Below the pieces are notes generated by a model. It was not told the origin of the DNA and searched no databases. It worked only from the letters and a program-made list of their open reading frames with translations. Position numbers and translations under genes: made by a program. This document shows positions 37,034 to 44,968 of a stretch of 64,000 nucleotides of DNA, one piece after another. Origin of the DNA: Flavobacteriales bacterium (GTDB lineage Bacteria > Bacteroidota > Bacteroidia > Flavobacteriales > Flavobacteriaceae); the NCBI GenBank assembly GCA_027023475.1, contig JALVVJ010000019.1:1459-65458 (forward strand). The letters run 5' to 3'. Each line of letters starts with the position of its first letter. The stretch's first letter is position 1.

Positions 37034-38288
37034 AGGGCAAGCTGTCCAATTGACGTTTAAGCGGACGGATATAGTCCAGGTAACGCGGCAAATCGGCCGG
37101 ATCGAGCGATTTGGCTTGTGGCAGTTTTTGTTTGAACGGGTCCACTTGGCGGCCGTTTTTCCAAAAGCGGTAACAAACATGCGGCCCGGTGGTGAAGCCC
37201 GTCATGCCCACATAGCCGATCACCTGACCTTGGCGCACGTGCACACCCTTGCGCATGGCTTTGGCAAAACGGCTCATGTGCAGGTATTGGGTGGCATAGG
37301 TGGAATTGTGGCGGATTTTGATATAGTTTCCGTTTCCGCGCGTATAGCCGATTTTTTCAATGTATCCATCGGCCGTGGCATGAATGGGCGTGCCCACGGG
37401 CGCGGCAAAATCGGTGCCCAAATGCGGTTTGATGCGGCCGTAGATGCGCACGTAGCGGCGCATGGTGTAGCGCGAGGTAATCCGTCCGAATTTAAGCGGC
37501 GATTTGAGAAATTGCTTGCGTAACGAACGGCCTTTTTCGTCGAAATAATCGTAGCGGTGGTTGAGCGTGTCAAATTCGTAACGAAAGCCGTAAATGGTGT
37601 CGCCGCGGTGGTAAAACACGGCGGCCAGCACATCGCCGACACCCAAGTAGCGTCCATCGGCGGTGTATCTGTCGGAGTATATGGCCTTGAATCCATCACC
37701 CGGGAACAGGTGAAAAAAATCCACCGTCCAGGCATAAATTTCCGAAAGCCGTAGCGCCAACACCGGACTGACCTTGCGTGCTTCCAAATCGCCGAAAAGC
37801 GATTGGCGGATGGGTAAAGAAATTTTTTTGACACGTTCCTCCACCGGCTTTTGTATGTCGGAGAAAGGATATTGTGCGTTGATACTGTCCAAATAAACCA
37901 ATTTGAAGTCCACCGGCGAATCTTCGTAAACAAAAACCACGGGCGGTGTAAGGGAATCGGCCTGTTTGGGGAAAATCAAATGATAGGGACGGCCGGCGCG
38001 TATAAGGCGCACATCCCAATGTTTTTTCAGCATTTCCGACACACGAAACACATCGGAAGGGCGAAGTGCCCTGGCCAAAAGGATTTTACCGAAGGTTTCG
38101 TTGGGTCGCACGGTGTCGTGAAGCACGCGATAGTGTCGCAGGTCGAAGCCCAGGAAACGGGGAACGGGTTTACGATGTGCCAGCGAGTCGGCGGGCGGCG
38201 AAGCCGGCTTGCCGGGTGGCGAGGAAGGAGAATCACATCCGGCAAGGACAAGGAAAAACACAAGCAATACAATCGGCCGTAATTTCAT
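37020..38288 (-). CDS. M23 family peptidase (lipoprotein)
   Basis: Trimmed to ATG 38288 (MKLRPIVLLVFFLVLAGCDS, a lipobox). HLGTDFAAPVGTP (HxxxD). The second motif reads GPHVCYRF, i.e. HxC instead of HxH. Confidence 0.8.
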   Translation of the reverse strand: MKLRPIVLLVFFLVLAGCDSPSSPPGKPASPPADSLAHRKPVPRFLGFDLRHYRVLHDTVRPNETFGKILLARALRPSDVFRVSEMLKKHWDVRLIRAGRPYHLIFPKQADSLTPPVVFVYEDSPVDFKLVYLDSINAQYPFSDIQKPVEERVKKISLPIRQSLFGDLEARKVSPVLALRLSEIYAWTVDFFHLFPGDGFKAIYSDRYTADGRYLGVGDVLAAVFYHRGDTIYGFRYEFDTLNHRYDYFDEKGRSLRKQFLKSPLKFGRITSRYTMRRYVRIYGRIKPHLGTDFAAPVGTPIHATADGYIEKIGYTRGNGNYIKIRHNSTYATQYLHMSRFAKAMRKGVHVRQGQVIGYVGMTGFTTGPHVCYRFWKNGRQVDPFKQKLPQAKSLDPADLPRYLDYIRPLKRQLDSLPYEKL

Positions 38289-38366
38289 AAGACAAAAATA
38301 TGAAAAGCAATCGAGGCAGGCATTGCTAAATGGTATAAATTTTTGGTTCAATCAGAAATAATTCCG

Positions 38367-38411
38367 GGGACATATTGGGGACATATTTTGGACATATCTT
38401 GGACAGATTTT
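38367..38411. repeat. Four tandem degenerate 11-13 nt units (GGGGACATATT / GGGGACATATTTT / GGACATATCTT / GGACAGATTTT)
   Basis: Read directly from the sequence. It lies between the M23 peptidase start (38288) and the tRNA-Gln terminator. Confidence 0.8.
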
Positions 38412-38437
38412 GACGAATTAATTCATAACTGCCTGAT

Positions 38438-38478
38438 AATCAAAAGGCGCTCGCTACAATGTTTAAAGTAGGAGCGCC
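38438..38478 (-). terminator. Possible intrinsic terminator after tRNA-Gln
   Basis: Minus strand reads GGCGCTCCTAC-loop-GTAGCGAGCGCC (about 11 bp with one bulge) followed by TTTTGATT, about 30 nt past the tRNA 3' end. Confidence 0.45.
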
Positions 38479-38507
38479 AATAAATACGGTAGCGGAGCGA
38501 TAAGTTG

Positions 38508-38578
38508 TAGACCCGCCAGGATTCGAACCTGGACAAGCAGAACCAAAATCTGCGGTGCTGCCGTTACACCACGGGTCT
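38508..38578 (-). tRNA. tRNA-Gln (anticodon TTG)
   Basis: The 71-nt minus-strand sequence AGACCCG...CGGGTCTA folds as a cloverleaf by hand: a 7-bp acceptor, anticodon stem GCAGA/TCTGC with loop TTTTGGT (anticodon TTG), and T arm CCAGG-TTCGAAT-CCTGG. CCA is not encoded. Confidence 0.9.
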
Positions 38579-38592
38579 GTCAAAAAGCGATG

Positions 38593-38600
38593 CAAATATA
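38593..38600 (-). promoter_or_regulatory. Candidate -7 promoter box (TATATTTG) for tRNA-Gln
   Basis: Plus-strand CAAATATA, 14 nt upstream of the mature tRNA 5' end. Confidence 0.45.
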
Positions 38601-38706
38601 TGAAATATTTTTCGGGAAAAACAAAGGGGGATTTTCGGATTTAGAAGGCGGTTGATGCTAAGGACGGCCATTGCTACGATTGTTCAAATGGTTAGCAAAA
38701 AAAAAT

Positions 38707-38958
38707 CGCGCCAGGGATGGGAGCGGTTATGCGGAGACGTCGGCGAGCATGCTTTTCCGCCCGGTGGAGGCTGACAGTGGGAAGCCCTACGCACGGGCGG
38801 GCGCGGGCAAGCCGCAGGCGCAGCCCGCGCAAAAAGCAGCGAGCCGACAAGCCGCATTTGAGCGGACAGCCCGGTCCCGCCTCGTGAACGCGTCGCCGGA
38901 TGAGCCACAGGCGAAAGCCGGCGGCAGTCGTGAACGAGTGCGGGAGGCGCCCTAAAAA
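38707..38958 (+). repeat. Family-A repeat, copy A4
   Basis: Runs from CGCGCCAGGGATGGGAGCGGTTATG to GTGAACGAGTGCGGGAGGCGCCCTAAAAATC. Central hairpin at 38801..38830 and variable hairpin at 38892-38899/38918-38925. Confidence 0.9.
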
Positions 38959-39005
38959 TCTTTTCCACGATTTGTCGTAATTTTACGCATTCGACCACTT
39001 ATGGT

Positions 39006-39980
39006 ATGAAACCCGTCGAACGCATCAAAGAACCCATACGGCTGGAAATGGAACTTTTCGAGCAAAAGTTCGGCCAGTTGCTACGCTCGCACGTGCCATT
39101 GCTCAATCGCGTTACCATGTTCCTGGTTACGCGCAAAGGCAAGCGTATGCGGCCTATGCTGGTGCTGCTGACGGCCAAAATGCTGGCGGGCAAAGTTACC
39201 GAACGCACCTATCGCGGCGCCGGCATCATCGAACTGATCCACACGGCCACCATCGTGCACGACGATGTGGTGGACGAAAGCACGTTCCGGCGCGGTTTTT
39301 TCTCGATCAACGCGCTGTGGCGCAATAAAATCGCCGTGCTTGTGGGCGATTACCTGCTGGCCAAAGGGCTGATCCATTCCATCGACAACGACGATTTTGA
39401 CCTGCTGCGTATTATTTCGGTGGCCGTCAAGGAAATGAGCGAAGGCGAACTGCTGCAAATCGAAAAAGCGCGGAAACTCAACATTACCGAAGAAGTGTAT
39501 TTCGAAATCATCCGCCAAAAAACAGCCACACTCATCGCCGCCTGCACCGCTATGGGCGCAGCATCGGTGGGTTCCGACCCCAAAACCGTCCACGACCTGC
39601 ACCGCTTCGGCGAACTGCTGGGTTTGGCATTCCAAATCAAGGACGATTTGTTCGATTATTCGGGTGATAGCATCGGCAAACCCACCGGCATCGACATCAA
39701 AGAGCGCAAAATGACCCTGCCGCTCATTTATGCCCTCGACCAGGCGCCGCCGGCCAAAAAACGCTGGATACGCGACATTGTCAAAAACCACAATACCGAC
39801 AAGCAAAAAGTGGCCGCCTTGATCGAATATGTGCGCAGGGCCGGCGGATTGGACTATGCCGTCCGCAAGATGCACGCCCTCAAAGACGAAGCCCTGGACA
39901 TCCTGAAACAATATCCCGACAATGCCGCCCGCCGTAGTTTGGAACAATTGGCCGAATATGTAATCAACCGCAAAATCTGA
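39006..39980 (+). CDS. Polyprenyl diphosphate synthase (octaprenyl/IspB-like)
   Basis: Two DDxxD motifs (IVHDDVVDES, FQIKDDLFD). 324 aa. Confidence 0.85.
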   Translation: MKPVERIKEPIRLEMELFEQKFGQLLRSHVPLLNRVTMFLVTRKGKRMRPMLVLLTAKMLAGKVTERTYRGAGIIELIHTATIVHDDVVDESTFRRGFFSINALWRNKIAVLVGDYLLAKGLIHSIDNDDFDLLRIISVAVKEMSEGELLQIEKARKLNITEEVYFEIIRQKTATLIAACTAMGAASVGSDPKTVHDLHRFGELLGLAFQIKDDLFDYSGDSIGKPTGIDIKERKMTLPLIYALDQAPPAKKRWIRDIVKNHNTDKQKVAALIEYVRRAGGLDYAVRKMHALKDEALDILKQYPDNAARRSLEQLAEYVINRKI

Positions 39981-39984
39981 GCCC

Positions 39985-41961
39985 GTGGGACGTATTCCCG
40001 GACATATTGTGGAACAAATCCGCGACACGGCCCGCGTCGAAGAGGTTATCGGCGAATTTGTGGAACTCAAACGGGCCGGAAGCAACCTGAAAGGGTTCAG
40101 CCCGTTCAATAACGAACGCACGCCTTCGTTTTTCGTGTCGCCCGCCAAACAAATTTGGAAAGATTTTTCGTCGGGCAAAGGCGGCGATGTGGTCAAGTTC
40201 CTGATGGAACACGAAAGTATGAGCTATCCCGAGGCCCTGCGATGGTTGGCCCGCAAATATAACATCGCCATTCCCGAAGAAGAACCCGACGCCGAAGCCG
40301 AACAACGCCGGCGCGAACGTGAGAGCTTGCTTTTGGCCCTGGAATTCGCCCGCGATTGGTTTGTGGAGCAACTTTACAACACCGACGAAGGCCGGGCCAT
40401 AGGGCTGAGCTATTTCCGCGAACGCGGTTTCCTGGAAAAAACCCTGCGGGAATTCGACATCGGCTATGCCCCTGAGGCCTACGATGCCTTCTACAAAGCC
40501 GCCACGGCCAAGGGCTTTAAGGACGATGTGCTGGAATCCGCCGGCTTGATTATCCGCAAAAACGACCGCATTGTGGACCGTTTCTACGGCCGGGTCATAT
40601 TCCCCATCCACCGGCTCGGCGGCAATGTGGTGGGCTTTGCCGGACGTATTTTGGACACCTCCAAGCATCCGGCCAAATACATCAATTCGCCCGAAACCGA
40701 GGTGTATCACAAAAGCAAAATCCTTTACGGCATCCACAAGGCCAAAAGCCATATTGGCCGCGAAGACAATGCCTACCTGGTGGAGGGATATACCGACGTG
40801 CTGGCCTTTTACCAGGCCGGCATCCAAAACACCGTGGCATCGGCAGGCACTTCGCTTACCGAAGAACAGGTGCGGCTCATCAAACGTTTTACGCCCAACA
40901 TTACGCTGGTTTACGACGGCGACCCGGCGGGACTCCGTGCCGCCATCCGGGGAGTGGACATCATCCTGGAAAACGATATGAACGTGCGTGTGGTGGTGCT
41001 ACCCGAAGGCGAAGACCCCGACAGCTACGCCCACAAGGTCAGTGCCGAGGAATTGGTGCATTACCTGGATGCCAACAGCAAGGATTTTATTGAATTTGCC
41101 GCCGAAATACTGCTCCAAGACCAAACCGACCCCGTGCGCATCTTTGAAATGATCCGCCACGTGGTGGAAAGCATTGCCAAAATTCCGAACGAAATCAAGC
41201 GGGAACTTTACATCCGCCGTGTGGCGCAAATCACCGGCATCGACGAACACAAGCTTTTTGTGGAACTGCACGCGGCTCTGCGCCGTAAAATCCGTTCCGT
41301 GCAAGGACGCTTGCGCCAGGAACTGCCCACGCCCAAAATGCAAGTGGCCGAGCCCCAAATCACGCTCACCGAACGTATTCCGGTTTTGGAGCGCGAAATT
41401 ATCAAAATCCTCTTGCTCTACGGCCACGAAAAAGCCCTGTTTCCGTATTACAAGGTGAAGGACGAAATCGACGGTGAACTCCAAATCGACACCTACGAAG
41501 TGGAACAACCCGTTTGGAAAAAAATCCACACCGAGCTCACGGCCGACGAGGTGGAATTCGCTTCGCCCGTATTCCGGGCATTGTATGACAAACTCATCGA
41601 CACCTTTCTCAACGGCGAAACGCCCGATGTGGCCGCGCTGAGCAAGGAATTGCCCGAGGAGCATTTGGAGGTGCTGTCCGACATTGTGTTCGACAACGAA
41701 AAACACCGGCTTTCGGATTGGTCCAAGCGGCGGATGCGCAACATCGACCCGGTGGAAAACCTGTCGCGCCACGTAACCGAGGTGCTTTACAACCTACGCT
41801 TTGAATTACTCATCAAAAGTTTGGATGACTTCCATCGCCAACAATTTCCCGATGGTGATCAATCACTGGAACCGGATAGGGCCGAAGCCGTTATGGAGGA
41901 AATGATACAATATATCAAGCTCAAACGGATGATTGGCGATATTTTGCATCGGGTTGTTTGA
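39985..41961 (+). CDS. dnaG: DNA primase DnaG
   Basis: GTG start. It has the zinc-ribbon-equivalent region SPFNNERTPSFFVSPAKQIWKDFSSGKGGDVVKF, a TOPRIM region (LVEGYTDVL...VYDGDPAG), and a C-terminal helical domain. Confidence 0.9.
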   Translation: MGRIPGHIVEQIRDTARVEEVIGEFVELKRAGSNLKGFSPFNNERTPSFFVSPAKQIWKDFSSGKGGDVVKFLMEHESMSYPEALRWLARKYNIAIPEEEPDAEAEQRRRERESLLLALEFARDWFVEQLYNTDEGRAIGLSYFRERGFLEKTLREFDIGYAPEAYDAFYKAATAKGFKDDVLESAGLIIRKNDRIVDRFYGRVIFPIHRLGGNVVGFAGRILDTSKHPAKYINSPETEVYHKSKILYGIHKAKSHIGREDNAYLVEGYTDVLAFYQAGIQNTVASAGTSLTEEQVRLIKRFTPNITLVYDGDPAGLRAAIRGVDIILENDMNVRVVVLPEGEDPDSYAHKVSAEELVHYLDANSKDFIEFAAEILLQDQTDPVRIFEMIRHVVESIAKIPNEIKRELYIRRVAQITGIDEHKLFVELHAALRRKIRSVQGRLRQELPTPKMQVAEPQITLTERIPVLEREIIKILLLYGHEKALFPYYKVKDEIDGELQIDTYEVEQPVWKKIHTELTADEVEFASPVFRALYDKLIDTFLNGETPDVAALSKELPEEHLEVLSDIVFDNEKHRLSDWSKRRMRNIDPVENLSRHVTEVLYNLRFELLIKSLDDFHRQQFPDGDQSLEPDRAEAVMEEMIQYIKLKRMIGDILHRVV

Positions 41962-42043
41962 TAATATTTGGTTTGAATCATTCCGTGTTTTATTTACCGT
42001 GCAAGCCCCTGTGCAGGAAGCCGCCCGAATTAATCCAACCGTA

Positions 42044-42973
42044 TTACACTGACTTGGCACTGCGCGGATGATATTTTTCCAAACTTTCGCGGATTTGTTT
42101 TTGGGAGGTGTGCAAATAGATTTCGGTAGTGGTGATGTTTTCGTGCCCCAATAGCAACTGGATGCTGTGCAAATCGGCACCGTTTTCCAAAAGATGTGTG
42201 GCAAAACTGTGCCGCAAGGTATGCGGACTGATATTTTTGGTGATGCCGGCTTCCTTGGCATAATTTTTCAAAAAAACATAGATCATATGCCGGCTCAATT
42301 GGCCGCCCCGCCGGTTGAGAAACACATAGTCGCGGGCTTCCTTTTTGGGCTCCACCTGCGGCCGCACCCGTTCCAAATAAAGGCGTAGAATCCGGGCCGT
42401 ATATTTTTCCAAGGGCACAAAGCGGTGCTTGCTTCCCTTGCCCAAGATGCGCAAAAAACCTTCGTCGAAAAAAATATCTCCGGTTTTCAGGTTTACCGTT
42501 TCGCTCACCCGCAGGCCGCAGGCATACATCAGTTCGATGATGGCATGGTTGCGTTCGCCCTCGAAGGTGGAGCGGTCGATGGCGGCCAAAATCCGGTCGA
42601 TTTCGTCCGTGCTGAGCGTTTCGGGAATTTTGCGGTTGAGCTTAGGCGCTTCCACCCAGTCCACCGGATTGGCTTGGAGCCGGTTTTCCAATATCAAATA
42701 ATCGAAGAAATTACGCAAACCCGACAGCATACGTGCCTGCGTGCGCGGGCTTACGTAATCGGCCATCCGGTAAATAAATTCTTTGACCGAATGCTTGTCC
42801 AAATCCTTCAAAGCCACACGGCGGGCATCCTCACCCGCTACAAAGCGCAGGTATTTTTCCAAATCCTGCATATAAGCCGCCACCGAATGCGCCGCCAGCT
42901 TTTTTTCCCATTGTAGATAATTGCGGTATTCGGCCACCAAAAATTCCAAAGATTTACTCAGATCCGGCATCAT
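42044..42973 (-). CDS. xerD: Site-specific tyrosine recombinase XerD/XerC family
   Basis: C-terminal HTLRHSFATHLLENGADLHSIQLLLGHENITTTEIYLH (R-H-R-Y catalytic pattern). An N-terminal SAM-like domain is present. The XerC versus XerD assignment is not certain. Confidence 0.8.
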   Translation of the reverse strand: MMPDLSKSLEFLVAEYRNYLQWEKKLAAHSVAAYMQDLEKYLRFVAGEDARRVALKDLDKHSVKEFIYRMADYVSPRTQARMLSGLRNFFDYLILENRLQANPVDWVEAPKLNRKIPETLSTDEIDRILAAIDRSTFEGERNHAIIELMYACGLRVSETVNLKTGDIFFDEGFLRILGKGSKHRFVPLEKYTARILRLYLERVRPQVEPKKEARDYVFLNRRGGQLSRHMIYVFLKNYAKEAGITKNISPHTLRHSFATHLLENGADLHSIQLLLGHENITTTEIYLHTSQKQIRESLEKYHPRSAKSV

Positions 42974-43059
42974 TTTTGCTATAAAAGTTACATCCGTTTT
43001 TCGGTTTCAATAATTTGAAATAAATTTATTCCAAATATATAAACAAAAAACGCATAGCT

Positions 43060-43662
43060 ATGAAAAAGAAATGGATTTTACCGCTCGTTCTGATGCTTTT
43101 TGCCTATTCGTTGGCCAATGCACAGGATTTTCGTATCGGGCTTTCCTTGGCGCCCAGCATCAACTTCAACAAGGGGTTTGTCAAGGTAAACGGTAATTTT
43201 GTCCAAGTGGATTCGCTCAAAAGCGGCGGTTTGGGCTTCAAAGGCGGCCTTTGGGCCGATTACGGCTTTGCCAAAAACTATTACCTGCATTCGGGCATTA
43301 TGATTCACAGCCGTAATTTCAAATCGGATTTTTCCAATATGAAAATCACCACGGTGGAAGTGCCCTTGGCCCTCAAAATGCGTAGCAATGAAGTGGCCGA
43401 CAATATTCGTATTTTGGGCTTTTTCGGCGCCACGCTCGACATCAACGTAACGGCCAAAAGCGGTAGTGTGGTTATTACCGACCAGGTGAACAAAATCGGT
43501 TCGTCCTTGATTTTCGGTGCCGGTGCCGAATACAATGTGGGCTTTGGCAACATCAATCTCGGACTCTCCTATCATTTGGGTATGACCGACGTGATGAACT
43601 CATCGCTTATCCGTCAAATGCCGCGCCACTTGTCCGTTGATTTCACCTTCTACTTTAATTAA
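43060..43662 (+). CDS. Small outer-membrane beta-barrel protein (porin-family/OmpW-like)
   Basis: Signal peptide MKKKWILPLVLMLFAYSLANAQ, alternating hydrophobic beta-strand pattern, C-terminal aromatic ...FTFYFN. Confidence 0.7.
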   Translation: MKKKWILPLVLMLFAYSLANAQDFRIGLSLAPSINFNKGFVKVNGNFVQVDSLKSGGLGFKGGLWADYGFAKNYYLHSGIMIHSRNFKSDFSNMKITTVEVPLALKMRSNEVADNIRILGFFGATLDINVTAKSGSVVITDQVNKIGSSLIFGAGAEYNVGFGNINLGLSYHLGMTDVMNSSLIRQMPRHLSVDFTFYFN

Positions 43663-43672
43663 AACGGACGCA

Positions 43673-44560
43673 TTATTTCAACGTATGTAAACGCGACGTC
43701 CGGGCAAAGCCGTTTTCCCAGGCGTCGCCGTTATTTTGCAGTATTTCCGGCACATTGCGAACGGTATATATGTGCGGGTCGTTCAAGTTGCGCAGCTGTT
43801 CCCAGCTAAGCGGCATAGACACCGACGCCACGGGCGTTGCCCGTGTGCCATAGGGCATGCTGAACGTTTGAAAGGCACGGTTACGGTAAATATCAATCAA
43901 GAATTTGCCACGTCGCTTGTCTTTGCGTACATCCAGGGTGGAACCGGGAAAAGCGCGCATAATCTCCCTTGCAACACTTTCGGCTGCTTCCATCACTTGG
44001 TCCACCGTGTAGGCGGGTTCCAAAGGACAAACAATGTGCACACCCCGCTTGCCCGAAGTTTTGACCAGCGTAGTGTAGCCCAATTTTTCGATCACCGGCC
44101 GTATGCCTAGGGCAAAATCACGGATTTCTTCAAAACCGGCCCCGTCGGGCGGGTCGATGTCGAACACCATCAGGTCGGGATTGGCCCAATGCGGCTTGCA
44201 GATGCCCATCACGTGGAATTCCAAAGCGTGCAATTGCACCAACCATATCAGGTCGGCCACCTGTTCCAATACCACATAACGGGTGGGTTTGAATTTGCCC
44301 ATTTCGCGAATTTCCACAAAGGACGGCACCGGATCGGGTGCATTTTTTTGAAAAAACGAATATCCGGGCGCCCCGTGCGGATAACGGACAAATACCAAGG
44401 GCCTTCCGCGATTATAGCGTAGGATGTAAGGCGCCACGGCCAAATAATAATCCATCAATTCCCGCTTGGTGATGCCCGTTTGCGGGAAAAGCGGTTTATC
44501 GGGATGCGTAATTCGCAGTTCAAAACCATCAACACGAAGGATTTGCTCGTGAGCATCCAT
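43673..44560 (-). CDS. LigD-type NHEJ polymerase/primase domain protein (stand-alone PolDom)
   Basis: The N-terminus LRVDGFELRITHPDKPLFPQTGITKRELMDYY and the LVFDIDPP-like MVFDIDPPDG and KTSGKRGVHI motifs are typical of LigD PolDom (AEP primase fold). Confidence 0.8.
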   Translation of the reverse strand: MDAHEQILRVDGFELRITHPDKPLFPQTGITKRELMDYYLAVAPYILRYNRGRPLVFVRYPHGAPGYSFFQKNAPDPVPSFVEIREMGKFKPTRYVVLEQVADLIWLVQLHALEFHVMGICKPHWANPDLMVFDIDPPDGAGFEEIRDFALGIRPVIEKLGYTTLVKTSGKRGVHIVCPLEPAYTVDQVMEAAESVAREIMRAFPGSTLDVRKDKRRGKFLIDIYRNRAFQTFSMPYGTRATPVASVSMPLSWEQLRNLNDPHIYTVRNVPEILQNNGDAWENGFARTSRLHTLK

Positions 44561-44608
44561 AGCCGGTGTTTTGTTTTCAAGTTACGGATATTTCCGGTAA
44601 AATAAAAT

Positions 44609-44867
44609 GTTTTTTGGGCGCCCCGCCGCACACGTTCACGCATCGGCGGTTGCTTCAAGGCGACGGAGCGCTTTCGCACCCGCCGCGTTCACGTGGCGCC
44701 GTCGGGCTGTCCGCTCAAATGCGGCTTGCCGGCTCGCTGCTTTTTGCGCGGGCTGCGCCTGCGCTTGCCCGCGCCCGCCCGTGCGTGGGGCTTCCTTCGG
44801 TCGCCTCCGCCGGACGGAAAAGCATCCTCGCCGCCTTCACCGCATAACCGCTCCCATCCCTGGCGCG
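44609..44867 (-). repeat. Family-A repeat, copy A5
   Basis: The reverse complement runs from CGCGCCAGGGATGGGAGCGGTTATGCGG to GTGAACGTGTGCGGCGGGGCGCCCAAAAAACA. Its variable hairpin has a CGGCGG/CCGCCG stem. Confidence 0.9.
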
Positions 44868-44968
44868 ATAATAAGGTGCGCGCGATAAATCGCTTTTCCC
44901 GCGCGATAAATCGCGCGGCTACAATGATACATCCGGCCTTGGTTGAAGCGTTCGGGTTTATGATTAAT

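Noticed and set aside
38671-38955. Apparently conserved peptide RARDGSGYA...MLFRP encoded at the 5' end of A copies (ORFs 38671..38955 and 62337..62546).
   Set aside because: After about 25 codons the translations diverge (GKPYARAGAG versus GSPTHGRARA). Single-nucleotide indels shift the frame while the nucleotide sequence stays conserved. Conservation is at the DNA/RNA level.
38701-38960. A 7-bp direct repeat AAAAATC on both sides of A4 as a target-site duplication.
   Set aside because: No comparable flanking duplication is visible at A1, A3, A5 or A7. A/T-rich flanks make a chance match likely. It is not used as evidence for transposition.
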